Assembly (NCBI GenBank): GCA_035084275.1
Contig: CM068771.1
Coordinates: 4,340,001-4,404,000 of the forward strand
Source: Hydrolagus colliei
Lineage: Eukaryota
Reading direction: 5' to 3'
Length of the DNA stretch: 64,000 bases
The notes below the pieces were generated by a model, which saw only the letters and a program-made list of their open reading frames with translations, was not told the DNA's origin and did not search any database. Positions 48,955-60,600 of the stretch are shown here, piece by piece (within the stretch, counting starts at the first letter, position 1; each line of letters starts with the position of its first letter). The position numbers and the translations under genes are program-made.

Positions 48955-49718
48955 TAAGTTTCCTTACTCCACCCACACACACACACACACACAGACACAC
49001 ACACACACGCTTAATAACAATTCCTCCAACAAAACAACACAACAGTAAAATTGGTCATTTCAACCCACGGCTGTTTGTGGGGGACGCTGCTGTGCGCAAT
49101 CGGCTGCCCTGTTTCGCCCACAAATATACAGTCAATTCACTTTACAGTAGATTCTGCGAAGCGCTTTGAGACGTCTAGTTTGTCCTGGTCAGCATTGCCC
49201 ACCTTGAGCCCCTGACACTGGCTGCACTTTGTGGCTGGGACAAGGGGCTGAATTAGCTCCAAGGCGTCAACATAAGATCAGAATTGAGTCAGTCGGTTAG
49301 TTCAACCACAATTGTGCTTTGGCCCACTAAACATAGTCAATTTCGCATGAAACAAAAGTAGTTCTGAGGGGTAATAATTCCTTCACAATAATTTTTAAAT
49401 AATCTTGTCAATCTTACAATAATAATCATATAATAATCCTTGCATTTTCATACACTGCTTTCCACATCTTATCGACGTCTCAAAGCGCTTCACAGAATAT
49501 AGTGTCAAGCGAATTGACTGTATATCTGTGGGCGAAACGCGGCAGCCGATTGTGCACAGCAGCATCCCCACAAACAGCCATGGGTTGAAATTACCAATTT
49601 TTAATTATTGTGTTTTTTTCGGAGGGATTATTAATAGGCGTGTGGAGTAAGGAAACTTGCCCAAGGTTTCGCCCTGACCTGCCTGGATTCAAGAGACATA
49701 GGTCTCACGCTTGTAAAG
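48955..49718. mobile_element. Two oppositely oriented Deu-domain SINEs just upstream of the TRIM-B start
   Basis: 48955-49178 (+, headless) and 49430-49718 (-). Confidence 0.75.
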
Positions 49719-50100
49719 GATCTATGTTTATGGTTCACAGCTGACAATAATTACTCATACAATAGGGCTTACCCTACTACCGGGAGCTGGACTTTCAGCC
49801 TCTCTGCCCCAACTACTGTATAGTGATCTCCACATTCCCAGCCTTCCTGTCAATTCACTCTATTCTCCCCACACCCTCCACACCCCTGCCTCGCATTCTG
49901 TAAACTTGTCTGATGCCTGTCCCCCTTTCCCCTCGTTGATACCAATCCACCCAGGTACAGCTTGCATCATACCCTATCGCCCAACGGACGCAGTGATGTG
50001 TCTCTCATCTCCTCGGCCTCAACGCATGTTTCCCCTGACTCCTCCACGTCAAGCTTCTTCTTCCAGCATCTCACTCTGTCCCAGCCCTCAAATTTTTCCT

Positions 50101-51751
50101 GAATTCGATTCCAGGCAGGGCGAAGCCTTGGGCAAGTTTCCTTACTCCACATGCCTAACAATAATCCCTCAAAAAAATAAAACAATAATAAATTGGTCAG
50201 TTCAATATACGACTGTTGATGGGGCATTGCTGTGGGCATTGGTAGTCAATTCACTTCACAGTATATTCCGTGAAGTGCTTTGGGACGTCTAGCAGACGTG
50301 AAAAGCGCGATATCAAATGCAAGGATTATTATTTATTGTCCCTTTCTCGAAGCCGCTCGCTTTGGAGGACACATCACTGTCCACCAATGGTGGAGATGTT
50401 GAGCCGTGAGATGTGACGGTTGTCACGAGGTGGTGCTGGGACCTGCTGTGGTTCCTCTCCTCCCATCACCAGCAGATGGCGGCTACGCCACCCGCACAGC
50501 CCAGATACCGTGTGAGAGTTTACACCAAACTCACTGACATTTTACAGTCATTTAGGCCACACATTGAGGCCTCCCTATTGACACTTTTTTTTATAAGGTC
50601 ATTACACTTTACGGCGAAATTTCTGTTTGATGAAATTGATGAGACACAAAACTTGACACGAAACTTGCTGTATCAAATACAATCGTTATCATTCTAATCA
50701 TTCTAATTATTATACATAATTATTATTATTATATAATTGCACTTGTGTTTAAATCCCTCCACTGATTGGCTGCCCCCTCATATGATATACTGTACTATAT
50801 TATATGGTATCCCAAGGTCACTCTGGACTGTCAGTATCTCAAAAAGGGTGTCAGATTGCTAACAAAAGCAACAACAAAACTACATTAATAGAGCGCCTTT
50901 CACGTTGGCAGGACATCCCAAGGCCCTGAACAGTCTGGGGCTGGGACCTGAGTATGGGGGAGGGAGAGAGGTGGGAGGGTGGCAGAAGGCACGATCGAAA
51001 AGGGGGGGGGTCTTGTGACCGGGCTATGAAAGAGGCAAGGGAGGAAAGAAGCAAGCAAGGCAAAGGGACTGTGGGATAGGGTTCCAGTGTATGGGGGCAG
51101 AGAGAAGACGTGAGAAGCGCTACATCAAACGCAAGGATTATTTATTATTTTAATAGTGTTCTGATGAGAAATGTTAATGATGGGAGTGTACCTTTGGTCT
51201 CTCCATCCTGCTGGACAAAGTAGCTCCAAATTGTGGAAACCACCAAACCCATTGTCACTTTGGGAAATAACTCGTCTGTTAAGAAATGTAAATCGGCATT
51301 TAAACATCTGTTCTGATATCAAACAAAAAACAACCTTTATTTACCCCCTTGTGACTATCACGTACAATGGTTCAGCAGCTCTCAAAGGCTTCAATCAATG
51401 TACTTTTACCAACTTGGCCATCCTGCCAACCTGCCCGCCCCCTCCGCTCAGCAGGCTCTGTCCTGCTCCATGTCCCCCGCCCCACCCGCCCCACCATTGG
51501 CGGGCAAGGGTTTAGCCGCTCTGCCCCCAGCCTCTGGAAGTCCATCCTACAGTCCCTCCGCCTCGCCCCCGCTCCCTGGCCTCCTTCAAGTCCCGCCTCA
51601 AGACCTTCCTCTTCAATATCCCATCAGCTACTAATCCCCCCCTTCCCTCCGCACCATGTCCCCAGCTCGGGTCTGAAACAATGACTGTCCAGAGATTTGG
51701 GACGTCCTCCTGACGTGAAGGGCGCTGTACAAATGTCATTTTGTTGTTGTT
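50101..51751 (-). repeat. Segmental duplication, copy 2 (inverted relative to 32996-35175)
   Basis: Near-identical reverse complement; carries the TM-derived exon at 51275-51192. Confidence 0.9.
51192..51275 (-). other. Second copy of the butyrophilin TM-derived exon
   Basis: 84 nt, same peptide as 33470-33553 (GAG vs GAA synonymous change), AG and GT intact. Confidence 0.75.
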
Positions 51752-53280
51752 CTTCATCTTGATCCACCTCTACTGAGGTGTCCTCCCTCCTCTCCTCCCA
51801 TAGCCTCTCTCTGCCAGTCATCTCAGAGATCATTCACAACGACAGATTCAAACCAACACAAGTCTCTGATTGGCTGGGAGAAGGCTGGAAAGGCTGATCC
51901 ACTGACAGCATCAGACCAGTGAATAAGCGGCTGATTTGAATTCACAGTGAGTACAATTGCTATGTTTCTGTTTCAGATTATTTAACAATATATCTACATG
52001 TATATAATCAGTATCATGTTTTGTGTACTATGAGATCAGCTTGTCTCCTACACTGAGATGGTTTCATTCTTTATTATTTTGTAGGCATATATTTATCTGA
52101 TAAAGTCATATTTTTGTGCAACAGTCAACTCAAAAACCCCGCAGACCTGATCCCCAAACCGAAACAAGACCTTTTGCCGCCTTTTCCCTGTTTCCTGAAT
52201 CAAAACCATTTCATTATTTCACGTAACATTTCTTTTTGCGGGGCAGCTCTTGTTTCTCTGTGTTTTATTTGGTCTGAATGTGTCAGGATTGTCTGTCTGT
52301 CTGTCTGTCTGTCTGCCTCTCTGTCTGTCTGTCTGCCTGCCTGCCTATCTNNNNNNNNNNNNNNNNNNNNNNNNNNNNNNNNNNNNNNNNNNNNNNNNNN
52401 NNNNNNNNNNNNNNNNNNNNNNNNNNNNNNNNNNNNNNNNNNNNNNNNNNNNNNNNNNNNNNNNNNNNNNNNNNNNNNNNNNNNNNNNNNNNNNNNNNNN
52501 NNNNNNNNNNNNNNNNNNNNNNNNNNNNNNNNNNNNNNNNNNNNNNNNNNNNNNNNNNNNNNNNNNNNNNNNNNNNNNNNNNNNNNNNNNNNNNNNNNNN
52601 NNNNNNNNNNNNNNNNNNNNNNNNNNNNNNNNNNNNNNNNNNNNNNNNNNNNNNNNNNNNNNNNNNNNNNNNNNNNNNNNNNNNNNNNNNNNNNNNNNNN
52701 NNNNNNNNNNNNNNNNNNNNNNNNNNNNNNNNNNNNNNNNNNNNNNNNNNNNNNNNNNNNNNNNNNNNNNNNNNNNNNNNNNNNNNNNNNNNNNNNNNNN
52801 NNNNNNNNNNNNNNNNNNNNNNNNNNNNNNNNNNNNNNNNNNNNNNNNNNNNNNNNNNNNNNNNNNNNNNNNNNNNNNNNNNNNNNNNNNNNNNNNNNNN
52901 NNNNNNNNNNNNNNNNNNNNNNNNNNNNNNNNNNNNNNNNNNNNNNNNNNNNNNNNNNNNNNNNNNNNNNNNNNNNNNNNNNNNNNNNNNNNNNNNNNNN
53001 NNNNNNNNNNNNNNNNNNNNNNNNNNNNNNNNNNNNNNNNNNNNNNNNNNNNNNNNNNNNNNNNNNNNNNNNNNNNNNNNNNNNNNNNNNNNNNNNNNNN
53101 NNNNNNNNNNNNNNNNNNNNNNNNNNNNNNNNNNNNNNNNNNNNNNNNNNNNNNNNNNNNNNNNNNNNNNNNNNNNNNNNNNNNNNNNNNNNNNNNNNNN
53201 NNNNNNNNNNNNNNNNNNNNNNNNNNNNNNNNNNNNNNNNNNNNNNNNNNNNNNNNNNNNNNNNNNNNNNNNNNNNNNNN

Positions 53281-53605
53281 CCCTCCCGTTCTGGGTTCAA
53301 ATCCATTGTTTGTTCCATGAGTGTAATGTGGAGGGATCAGGGCAGAACCTCGGGCAAGTTTCCTTACTCCACACACCTAATAATACAGTCCTAATAATAA
53401 TCATTAAAAAAAACAATAATAAAAATGGGTCATTTCAACCCATGGCTGTTTGTGGGGGACGCTGCTGTGCGCAATTGGATGCCGCGTTTCGCCCACAAAT
53501 ATACAGTCACTTCACTTTACAGTCTATTCTGTGAAGCGCTTTGAGACGTCGATAAGATGTGAAAAGCGCTGTATCAAATGCAAGGATTATTATTATTATT
53601 ATTAT
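53281..53605 (+). mobile_element. Deu-domain SINE with an extra insert, 5' end hidden by the N gap
   Basis: TTCTGGGTTCAAATCCATTGTTTGTTCC..GTGTAATG segment precedes the SINE body. Confidence 0.7.
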
Positions 53606-53923
53606 CTGTCAGTGTGTTGGCTGCTCTCCTCTGCTCAGTGACTCACTGTCTCACTGTTAATGGTGAGTGAGGGTCATGGACATTTCCTGAGTGCAGGAGG
53701 TGCGAGGATTAACAGGAGTTTCTGATCGTTTAACACAATATTCCCTGTGTGTGTGTGGGGCTGGTTCAGTGGCTGACGGTGTAAGTACCTGAGTGGACGT
53801 CAAAGGAAAGTTTATTGGAGAGGAAATGGCCCAAACTTTGAATGTTTTGGCTTCAGCCGGTGACCAGACAGAGGATCCGGGCGGGAACGTCTCTGGGTGA
53901 ACGTCTCAGACTCTCTTCACACC

Positions 53924-56900
53924 ATGGAGATCCTGAAACTAGCTTCAGGTAATGTGTGTGCAGTCTGTGCCTGTTTGGGTGGATGTTGTCGGCGAACAGA
54001 AGGCAGTTCCTTCCAGTGTCTCACCCAATCCATCATCCATGTAGAACACATTCACTTCATTGGCTGTTTGAGGGACATTCAGCAACAGTGAGTGTTGGCA
54101 CAGAGAGAGTCACAGTCAAACCTCAGGTCTCCCAATTTCACTGCTCTACACCAGCACAACCAGTGGTAGGGAGGGGCGTTGGGGGCTGTAAGTGAACCAA
54201 GAGCAGGAACCCATCAAACTCACCAAGAACAGGGATACAAAACCCCAGCTCCGGAGCCTAGAGCTCCAAGAAAGTGTTTCCCACATCTCTGTGCTGTCCT
54301 ATAGCTCAGTGTGGAGTCCTCTACCACAGCATGGAGACCTGTAGCTCAGTGATTAGAGCACCCATTTGCAAGCCAAGCCTGGTTTTGATTCCTAGAAGGG
54401 AGGAGCCTTGGGCGAAAGTAAGTTTCCTTACTCCACATACAGTACATCCTCTGTTTCTGCGCATTGGGAGGTCCTGCTGACCTAACAGTTGCTATACAAA
54501 TGTAATGCCTCGAAACTCTGGACCACTCTCCCTCAATCCTTCCACCTTGCCCCCTCTCCCATTTTGGAGGCCTGCAGCTCGGTAGTTAGAGCACTCGCTT
54601 TACAAGCATGAGACCTGTGTTCGAATCCAGGCAGGTGTTCTTTCTGATTTTGTTCATTACCTCAAACCTTTTCAATGCCTCCACTTCCCTTTCTGGGTTG
54701 AAATCCATTGTTTGTTCCGTAAGTGTAATGCAGAGGGTTACATCGGGGCAAAACCTTGGGCAAGTTTCCTTACTCCTTACTCCACACGCCTAATAATAAT
54801 CCCCCTCAAAAAACCTATAATAAATTGGTCATTTCAATCTACTACTATTTGTGGGGACGCTGCTGTGCGCAATTGGCTGCCGCGATTCGCCCACAAATAT
54901 ACAGTCACTTCACTTTACAGTATATTCTGTGAAGCGCTTTGCGACGTCTAGAAGAGGTGAAAAGCGCGATATCAAATGCAAGGATTATTACTGTATTATT
55001 ATACAGTATATTATTTTACAACTTCAGTCACCTCTCCCAAACCCTGTCTTGCCAGCTCTAAGTCACGCTTAAACGCTCTGAGATGCTGCCCTGCCTGGAG
55101 TTGTGCTCTATACGTGGAACAATTTAAGTACAGGGATCCCCCAGTTTACCACGGTTCTATTTACACTGTTTCGATTTAAGGAACATCATTTTTGAACATC
55201 TTTTTATCGCTAAACAACATTTGGTTTTGTTTTTACGACAAAAAAAATTGGTACACCTTTTTTGCGCATGCGCAGTACTTAGTGTATTTCGCGGTAAAAT
55301 CGCTGACGTATAGTGTATCCAAGCTTTTTAATTGGCCAGTAGCATGTCACTACGTCATTATTTAAAAGCAGCTGATTTTGAAGCAACACCAAGTCAGTAT
55401 TACAGTAATTTAACTAGTATTAAAGTACAGAACTGTACAGTTCCCCCTAGTACCCCTTCTTGCCTATGTGTGTTATTTTGTGTGTTATTTTGTGTGTTAT
55501 TTAGTGGCTTTAAGGTCCTAACATTTTGTGAAAAGAACGCATCTTGGGTCATATAATGAGACCGCATGGGAAACAGCGTTTTGATTCGCGACATTTCGAT
55601 TTGCGTGGCATTTTTCAGGAACGCAACCCCGTCGTAAATCGGGGGATACCTGCATTTAATTTGTGTTTGCCGCGTTTTAAGAGAAAATGTCCGCTGAGAC
55701 GTGGTGCGATTTCAGGCTCACTTCTGCTTTCGTTTGTTCCTTCCCATTTCAGTCCTACACTGTGTAGCCCTGTACGAAGCAGCGTTGTCTGCCTCTCCGA
55801 ATACAGTCCACAACGTCTCTGTGGAAGGAGAGGTCTGGTTTCCTGTCCGCCGTCAGGACGGCTACGAGAAATATGAAGTTACCCTGAGAAAAAAATGGCC
55901 GGTCGCTCTTAAAATCCTGGGATGGAATCCAGATCTGCCACCCACCGTGCATCCCTACTACACCACCAGAGTCCTCCTCAAACACGGCGTTGTGCAGCTT
56001 CAGAACGTGTATCTGAATGACAGTGGGGTGTATGAGCTGACCACGGACTACCTCGGGCCTGTGTTGATGAACAACGACCGGAGTGTATTTGAAGTGCGTG
56101 TGTTTGGTGAGTACTTAAGAGTGTTGGTCTGTATCACCAGTGATCAGATGAACTGAGCCCAGGCACAGAGAGAGATGCGCTCTCTGTCATATATTGATCA
56201 GGGGGAGAACGGTGACCGAAGGCACGGTCGAAAAGGTCTAGAGTCGAGACCTGAAACTAGCAAGAGAGCGGGGGAGCGAGGAAAAGGGAGTGAGGAAAAC
56301 AGTGCCAGAGCTTCGGGGCGTAACGGCTGAAGCCACGGCTGCCGATGGTGGAGCGGGGGGTCAAGGAGGAGGCCGGGACCGGAGGAACGAAGTTCAACGG
56401 CTTTGGTGAGAGAGGAGGTCAGAGAGGTAGAGGGGTGCAGAGCAGCGGGGAGATTTGAAGATAGGAAGTGGATCCTCTCCGGGACAGGGAGCCAGTGAAG
56501 TCTGGCAGGAACTGGGGTAATGGCCGGGGGAGCAAGGTTTGGTGCGGGTGAGATCGTGGGCAGCAGAGTTCTCAATGAGCTGGATTTGATGGATTGTGGT
56601 GGAGGGGAGACCAGCGAGAAGTGCATTTGTGTAGTCCAGCCGAGAGGTGACTAAGGCATGGAGTGGAGATAGAATAGAAGCAGACGTACATTGAGCTCTG
56701 GTTTCAATTCTAATTGACACTGAGGTTTCTGGTCTGTGTCCTGGGCTCCAGGGGAGATAACACAGTGAGGGAAACACACAACAGGCTTGGTCATGCTCTT
56801 GCTACTTCATCAACACCCTGTACTGGTATGTAAGTGCCTGTGTACATGTGTATGAACACGCGTGTGTGTGTGTTGCTATGTGTGTGTGGAGGTGAAGTGG

Positions 56901-59398
56901 AGGAGAAGTCAGGCTACAGTCAAATTGCTGACACTCACTCACTTACTCACTGCCCAGCATCACACAATCAATAACGGTCAATCGGTCAGCTATTCAGAGT
57001 CAAACCTTTTAAAGTTTTCCAAAAAATATATCGACACTAAAAGCTCGTTTATCCGTGACCCGATCAACCGGATTTGCTGGACCCCCTCCCGGGGCAATTA
57101 TCCGTTCCAGCAATCGCGAGTACGCTCACTTTGCGCATGCGGGCAATACGCAGTTATTAAACTTACAAACTTTTTTTTAATTGATCGGTAAAAAATGCCT
57201 TTTTCCCAATCTTTTTGCCGAGTCTTTATTGGTCAGTAGCCATACAATATTCTGTTACTATTTACTGTATTATTAATAAGGTATGTTTTAAAATAAGTAA
57301 ATTTTTTGCGTTGTGTTTTCGGCAACTTGCCGTCCGATTATCCAGCACAGTCAATTAGTCGACCCCCTGGAGGGTGCCGGATAAATGGGCTTTAACTGTA
57401 TAGATACAGTATATATGTATACATAAAAAGCCCGTTTATCCGGCATCCTCGGGACCTGGCCAATGCCGGTTAAAGCGCGTGCTGGATATTNNNNNNNNNN
57501 NNNNNNNNNNNNNNNNNNNNNNNNNNNNNNNNNNNNNNNNNNNNNNNNNNNNNNNNNNNNNNNNNNNNNNNNNNNNNNNNNNNNNNNNNNNNNNNNNNNN
57601 NNNNNNNNNNNNNNNNNNNNNNNNNNNNNNNNNNNNNNTCCGGATAAATTCCGGGTTAATTGAATATGGACATTTTTTGGATGTGCCGGTTATACGGAAG
57701 TTACGGTTGATCAGCTGCCGGATAAACAGGCTTTTACTGTATATATTCTTGTCTGTTTCAGAACCTGTGTCCCAGCCGATAGTCAGGGTCACTGACGGCT
57801 TCACCAACATCACTCTGAACTGCTCCGTCTCCAAAGGAACGGGTATCACTTATTACTGGAAAAAAACAAGCGGTGAAAACTTCACGTCTACCGGGTCTGT
57901 GCTGGTGATCAAGCCGGGCTGTGAGGAGCAGGCGGTTGAGTATTGCTGTGTAGCAGAGAACCCGACCAGTCAGCGAATCAGTCTCCCAGTGACAACGAAG
58001 CTGTGCGCAGGGAGTCAAGATGGAGGTGAGAGAGGAATCCACATCCCGCAATAAACCCCAGGACACCCCGCATTATTGAAGCGCTCTGGAGCGCCTCCCT
58101 GTGCGAGGGGCGCTGTGTCAATACTAGTTGTTGTTGTTCTTCTTCTTCGATGGGGTCATCAGGGTCCAACATCTCAGCGGCTTCGTCACAAGGGAAGCAC
58201 TGAAATTGGCCGACGTCTGGGTTGTCGGGTCTCTGCTGACGTCACTTCCTGCGCTTTGGGTGCAGAAGACGTGCAACACCTGATCTCACTTCCTGTGTGT
58301 GTGGCCTGCAGAGTAAGTGCCACTGATGTCCCTTCCTATGCGCTCTGCGCCTTTGCGTTCCACCCAGCAAACCTTTCCTTTGGTCTCCAGCAAACCAGCG
58401 CTATAAGCAAATTGATGCTATGATGGGGGTAGTGCCTTATTAAGGGGTTTCTCTGTGTGTTGTTTATTCCACACTCACTAGGGGGACCTCATTGTAGTTG
58501 CCTTGTGACAGACGCAACAACTACAATAGAATGATAATGTCATTTCAATGTAATCAGGAGGACGTCCCAAGGCGGTAAACACGTAGGGACCTGAGCAGAG
58601 GCAGGGAGGGTTGGAGTAGGGTCAAGGGGAGTAGGAGAGGTGGGAGAGTTGGGAGGGCAGCAGAAGGCACAGTCAAAGAGGAAGGCCTTGAGACTGGCCT
58701 TGAAGGAGGAAAGGGAGGAACTGAGGCGAAGGGATGGCGGGATGGAGTTCCACAGTGTGGGGGCAGAGAGGCTGAAAGCCCAGGCACCGATGGTAGGCCA
58801 ATTCGGGTGGTGCCCGCTGAATGGAGGGGACAGGCACAGGCTGATAGGGAGACAACAGGTCAGAGAGATAGGTGGGGGTAAGGCCGTGAATGGCCTTGAA
58901 AGTGAGGACGAGGATCTTGAATTCAATCCTCTGGGGGGCGGGGAACCAGTGGGGACGGGAGAGGGTGGGAGTGACGTGGACATGGAGCGTAGTGCGGGAG
59001 AGTACACGAGCTGCAGAGTTCTGAATGATCTGCAGCTGGTGAAGGGAGGAGGTGGGAAGGCCATCGAGGAGAGAGTTCTTGTAGTCGAGCCTAGATGTGA
59101 TGAATGCGTGGACGAGTGTTTCGTCAGCGTGGGTGGGGGGGTGAGGTAGTGTCAGAGTCTGGCAGTGTTGTGGAGTGGCTATTGAAGGACAATTACCCTC
59201 GCCCACTCAGAAATTCTACCTGGGGGCTGGGTGGTGAAAGGCTGAGAGGTCCAATCATAGATGGGATTTACAGCAGAGTTTACGCTCTTGCCCCTCAGAT
59301 CGAAGACGATGGAATCTTCTTGTGAGTCTGATCCCAGCGCTGCTGGTCGCCAGCTTCCTCTGCTACTCTCTCTGGAGGAGGAGGAGGAGGAGACCTAG
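53924..59398 (+). CDS. CD2/SLAM-family Ig receptor (IgV-IgC2-TM); leader and cytoplasmic exons uncertain
   Basis: IgV exon 55753-56106 (no disulfide; VWFPV..LGW..LQNVYLNDSGVYEL); IgC2 exon 57762-58025 (EPVSQPIV..TLNCSVSKGTGITYYW..YCCVAENPTS); TM exon from 59299 (NLLVSLIPALLVASFLCYSLW then six Arg); all phase-1 compatible. Leader exon 53924-53948 (MEILKLAS) is tentative. Confidence 0.8.
54566..54995 (+). mobile_element. Deu-domain SINE with an approx. 110-bp insert between tRNA head and body
   Basis: Head to CCAGGCAGG (about 54635), insert GTGTTCTTTCTGATTTTGTTCA..GTGTAATGCAGAG, then the normal GGGCAAAACCTTGGGCAAG body. Confidence 0.8.
55131..55652. mobile_element. Tigger-like MITE
   Basis: TA|CAGGGATCCCCCAGTTTACCACG versus revcomp CAGGTATCCCCCGATTTACGACG|CA. 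Confidence 0.75.
56195..56690 (-). mobile_element. L2 LINE fragment
   Basis: LHALVTSRLDYTNALLAGLP and [14 protein letters not shown] frames. Confidence 0.8.
57000..57739. mobile_element. Tigger-like MITE(s) immediately upstream of the IgC2 exon
   Basis: TIR ends CCGGATAAATGGGCTTTAACTG|TA (57398) and AAAAGCCCGTTTATCCGG..CGGATAAACAGGCTTTTACTG|TA (57422-57739); left boundary of the first element unclear. Confidence 0.65.
58530..59170 (-). mobile_element. L2 LINE 3' end
   Basis: [53 protein letters not shown]. Confidence 0.85.
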
Positions 59399-59749
59399 GT
59401 TTACGTGTCCTCAGAGCAACACGCAAGAATGAACAACAACAAAGTACATTTGCACAGCACCTTTCACTACATGAGGACATTTCAAAGTGCTGGACAGTCC
59501 ACGATCCTCACGCGAAATGTGGGTTGGGATCAGGAGGGCTGGAGGTCGGCAGAGTAGGCGTAAGAGAGCGATCAAAGGCACAGTTGAAGTGGAGCGTCTT
59601 GAGACAGGCCTCAAACGAAGCAACAGATGGGTTGAGGCAAAAGAATCATGGGCTGGAGTTCCAGAGTTTCAGGGCAAAGTGGCTGAAGGCTCGCCCACCA
59701 ATGTTGGGTCAGGCAGGGCTGGGCCAGAGCCTGCTGAGTGGCAAGAGAG

Positions 59750-60600
59750 GACATAAGAACATAAGAATTAGGAGCAGGAGTAGGCCATTCAGCCCCTCGA
59801 GCCTGCCCCGCCATTCGAAAGGATCATGGCTGATCTTCTGACCTAACTCTAATTACCTGCCCTATCCCCATATCCCTTGATCCTTGTATTTTTTTAAAAA
59901 AATCTATCAGTCTCAGGCTTGAAAATGTTCGAGGCCTGAGCATCTGGGATAGTGGATTCCATAAACTCACTGTCCTCTGAGTGAAGAAATGTTTCCTCAA
60001 CTCTGTTCTAAAGGGCTGACCGTTAATTCCCCTCCTACCAGGGAAACAGTCCCTCAGTGTCTATCCAGCCCTTTAAGAATCGTATATGTTTCAATAAGAT
60101 CCCCCCTAATTCTTCTGTACTCTAGAGAATACAGCCCTAGTTTATTCAACCTCTCCTCATAAGTCAGTCCCCTCATCCCAGGAATTAACCTAGTGAATCT
60201 ACGTTGCACCCCCTCTAAGGCAAGTATGTCCTTTTTTAAATAAGGAGACCAAACCTGCACACAATACTCGAGGTGCGGTCTCACCAGAGCCCTATACAGT
60301 TACAGCAAGACTTCCCTACTCTTGTACTCTTAACCTTTTGCAATGAACGCTAGCATGCCGTTCGCCTTCTTGATTGCTTGCTGTATTTGGACACTAACTT
60401 TTTGCGACTAGTGAACACCCAAATCCCTCTGAACACTAACACTATCTAACCTTTCTCCCTCTAGAAAACAATCTGTTTTGCTATTTTTATTACCTAGGTG
60501 AATAACTTCACACTTCCCCACATTAAATTCCATCTGCCACCTACTTGCCCACTCCCCTATATCCCGTTGCAATCTTTTTGCATCATCCTTAGAGCTTGCT
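59750..60600 (-). mobile_element. CR1 LINE ORF2 3' end
   Basis: [45 protein letters not shown]. Confidence 0.9.

Noticed and set aside
47181-53534. Long ORFs made of X (also 18460, 34031, 62083-63834)
   Set aside because: Artefacts of N gaps.
58076-58423. AVSILVVVVLLL as the SLAM-like TM segment
   Set aside because: It is the translated (GTT)n/(CTT)n tail of an antisense retroelement; a better TM exon with a proper acceptor starts at 59299.
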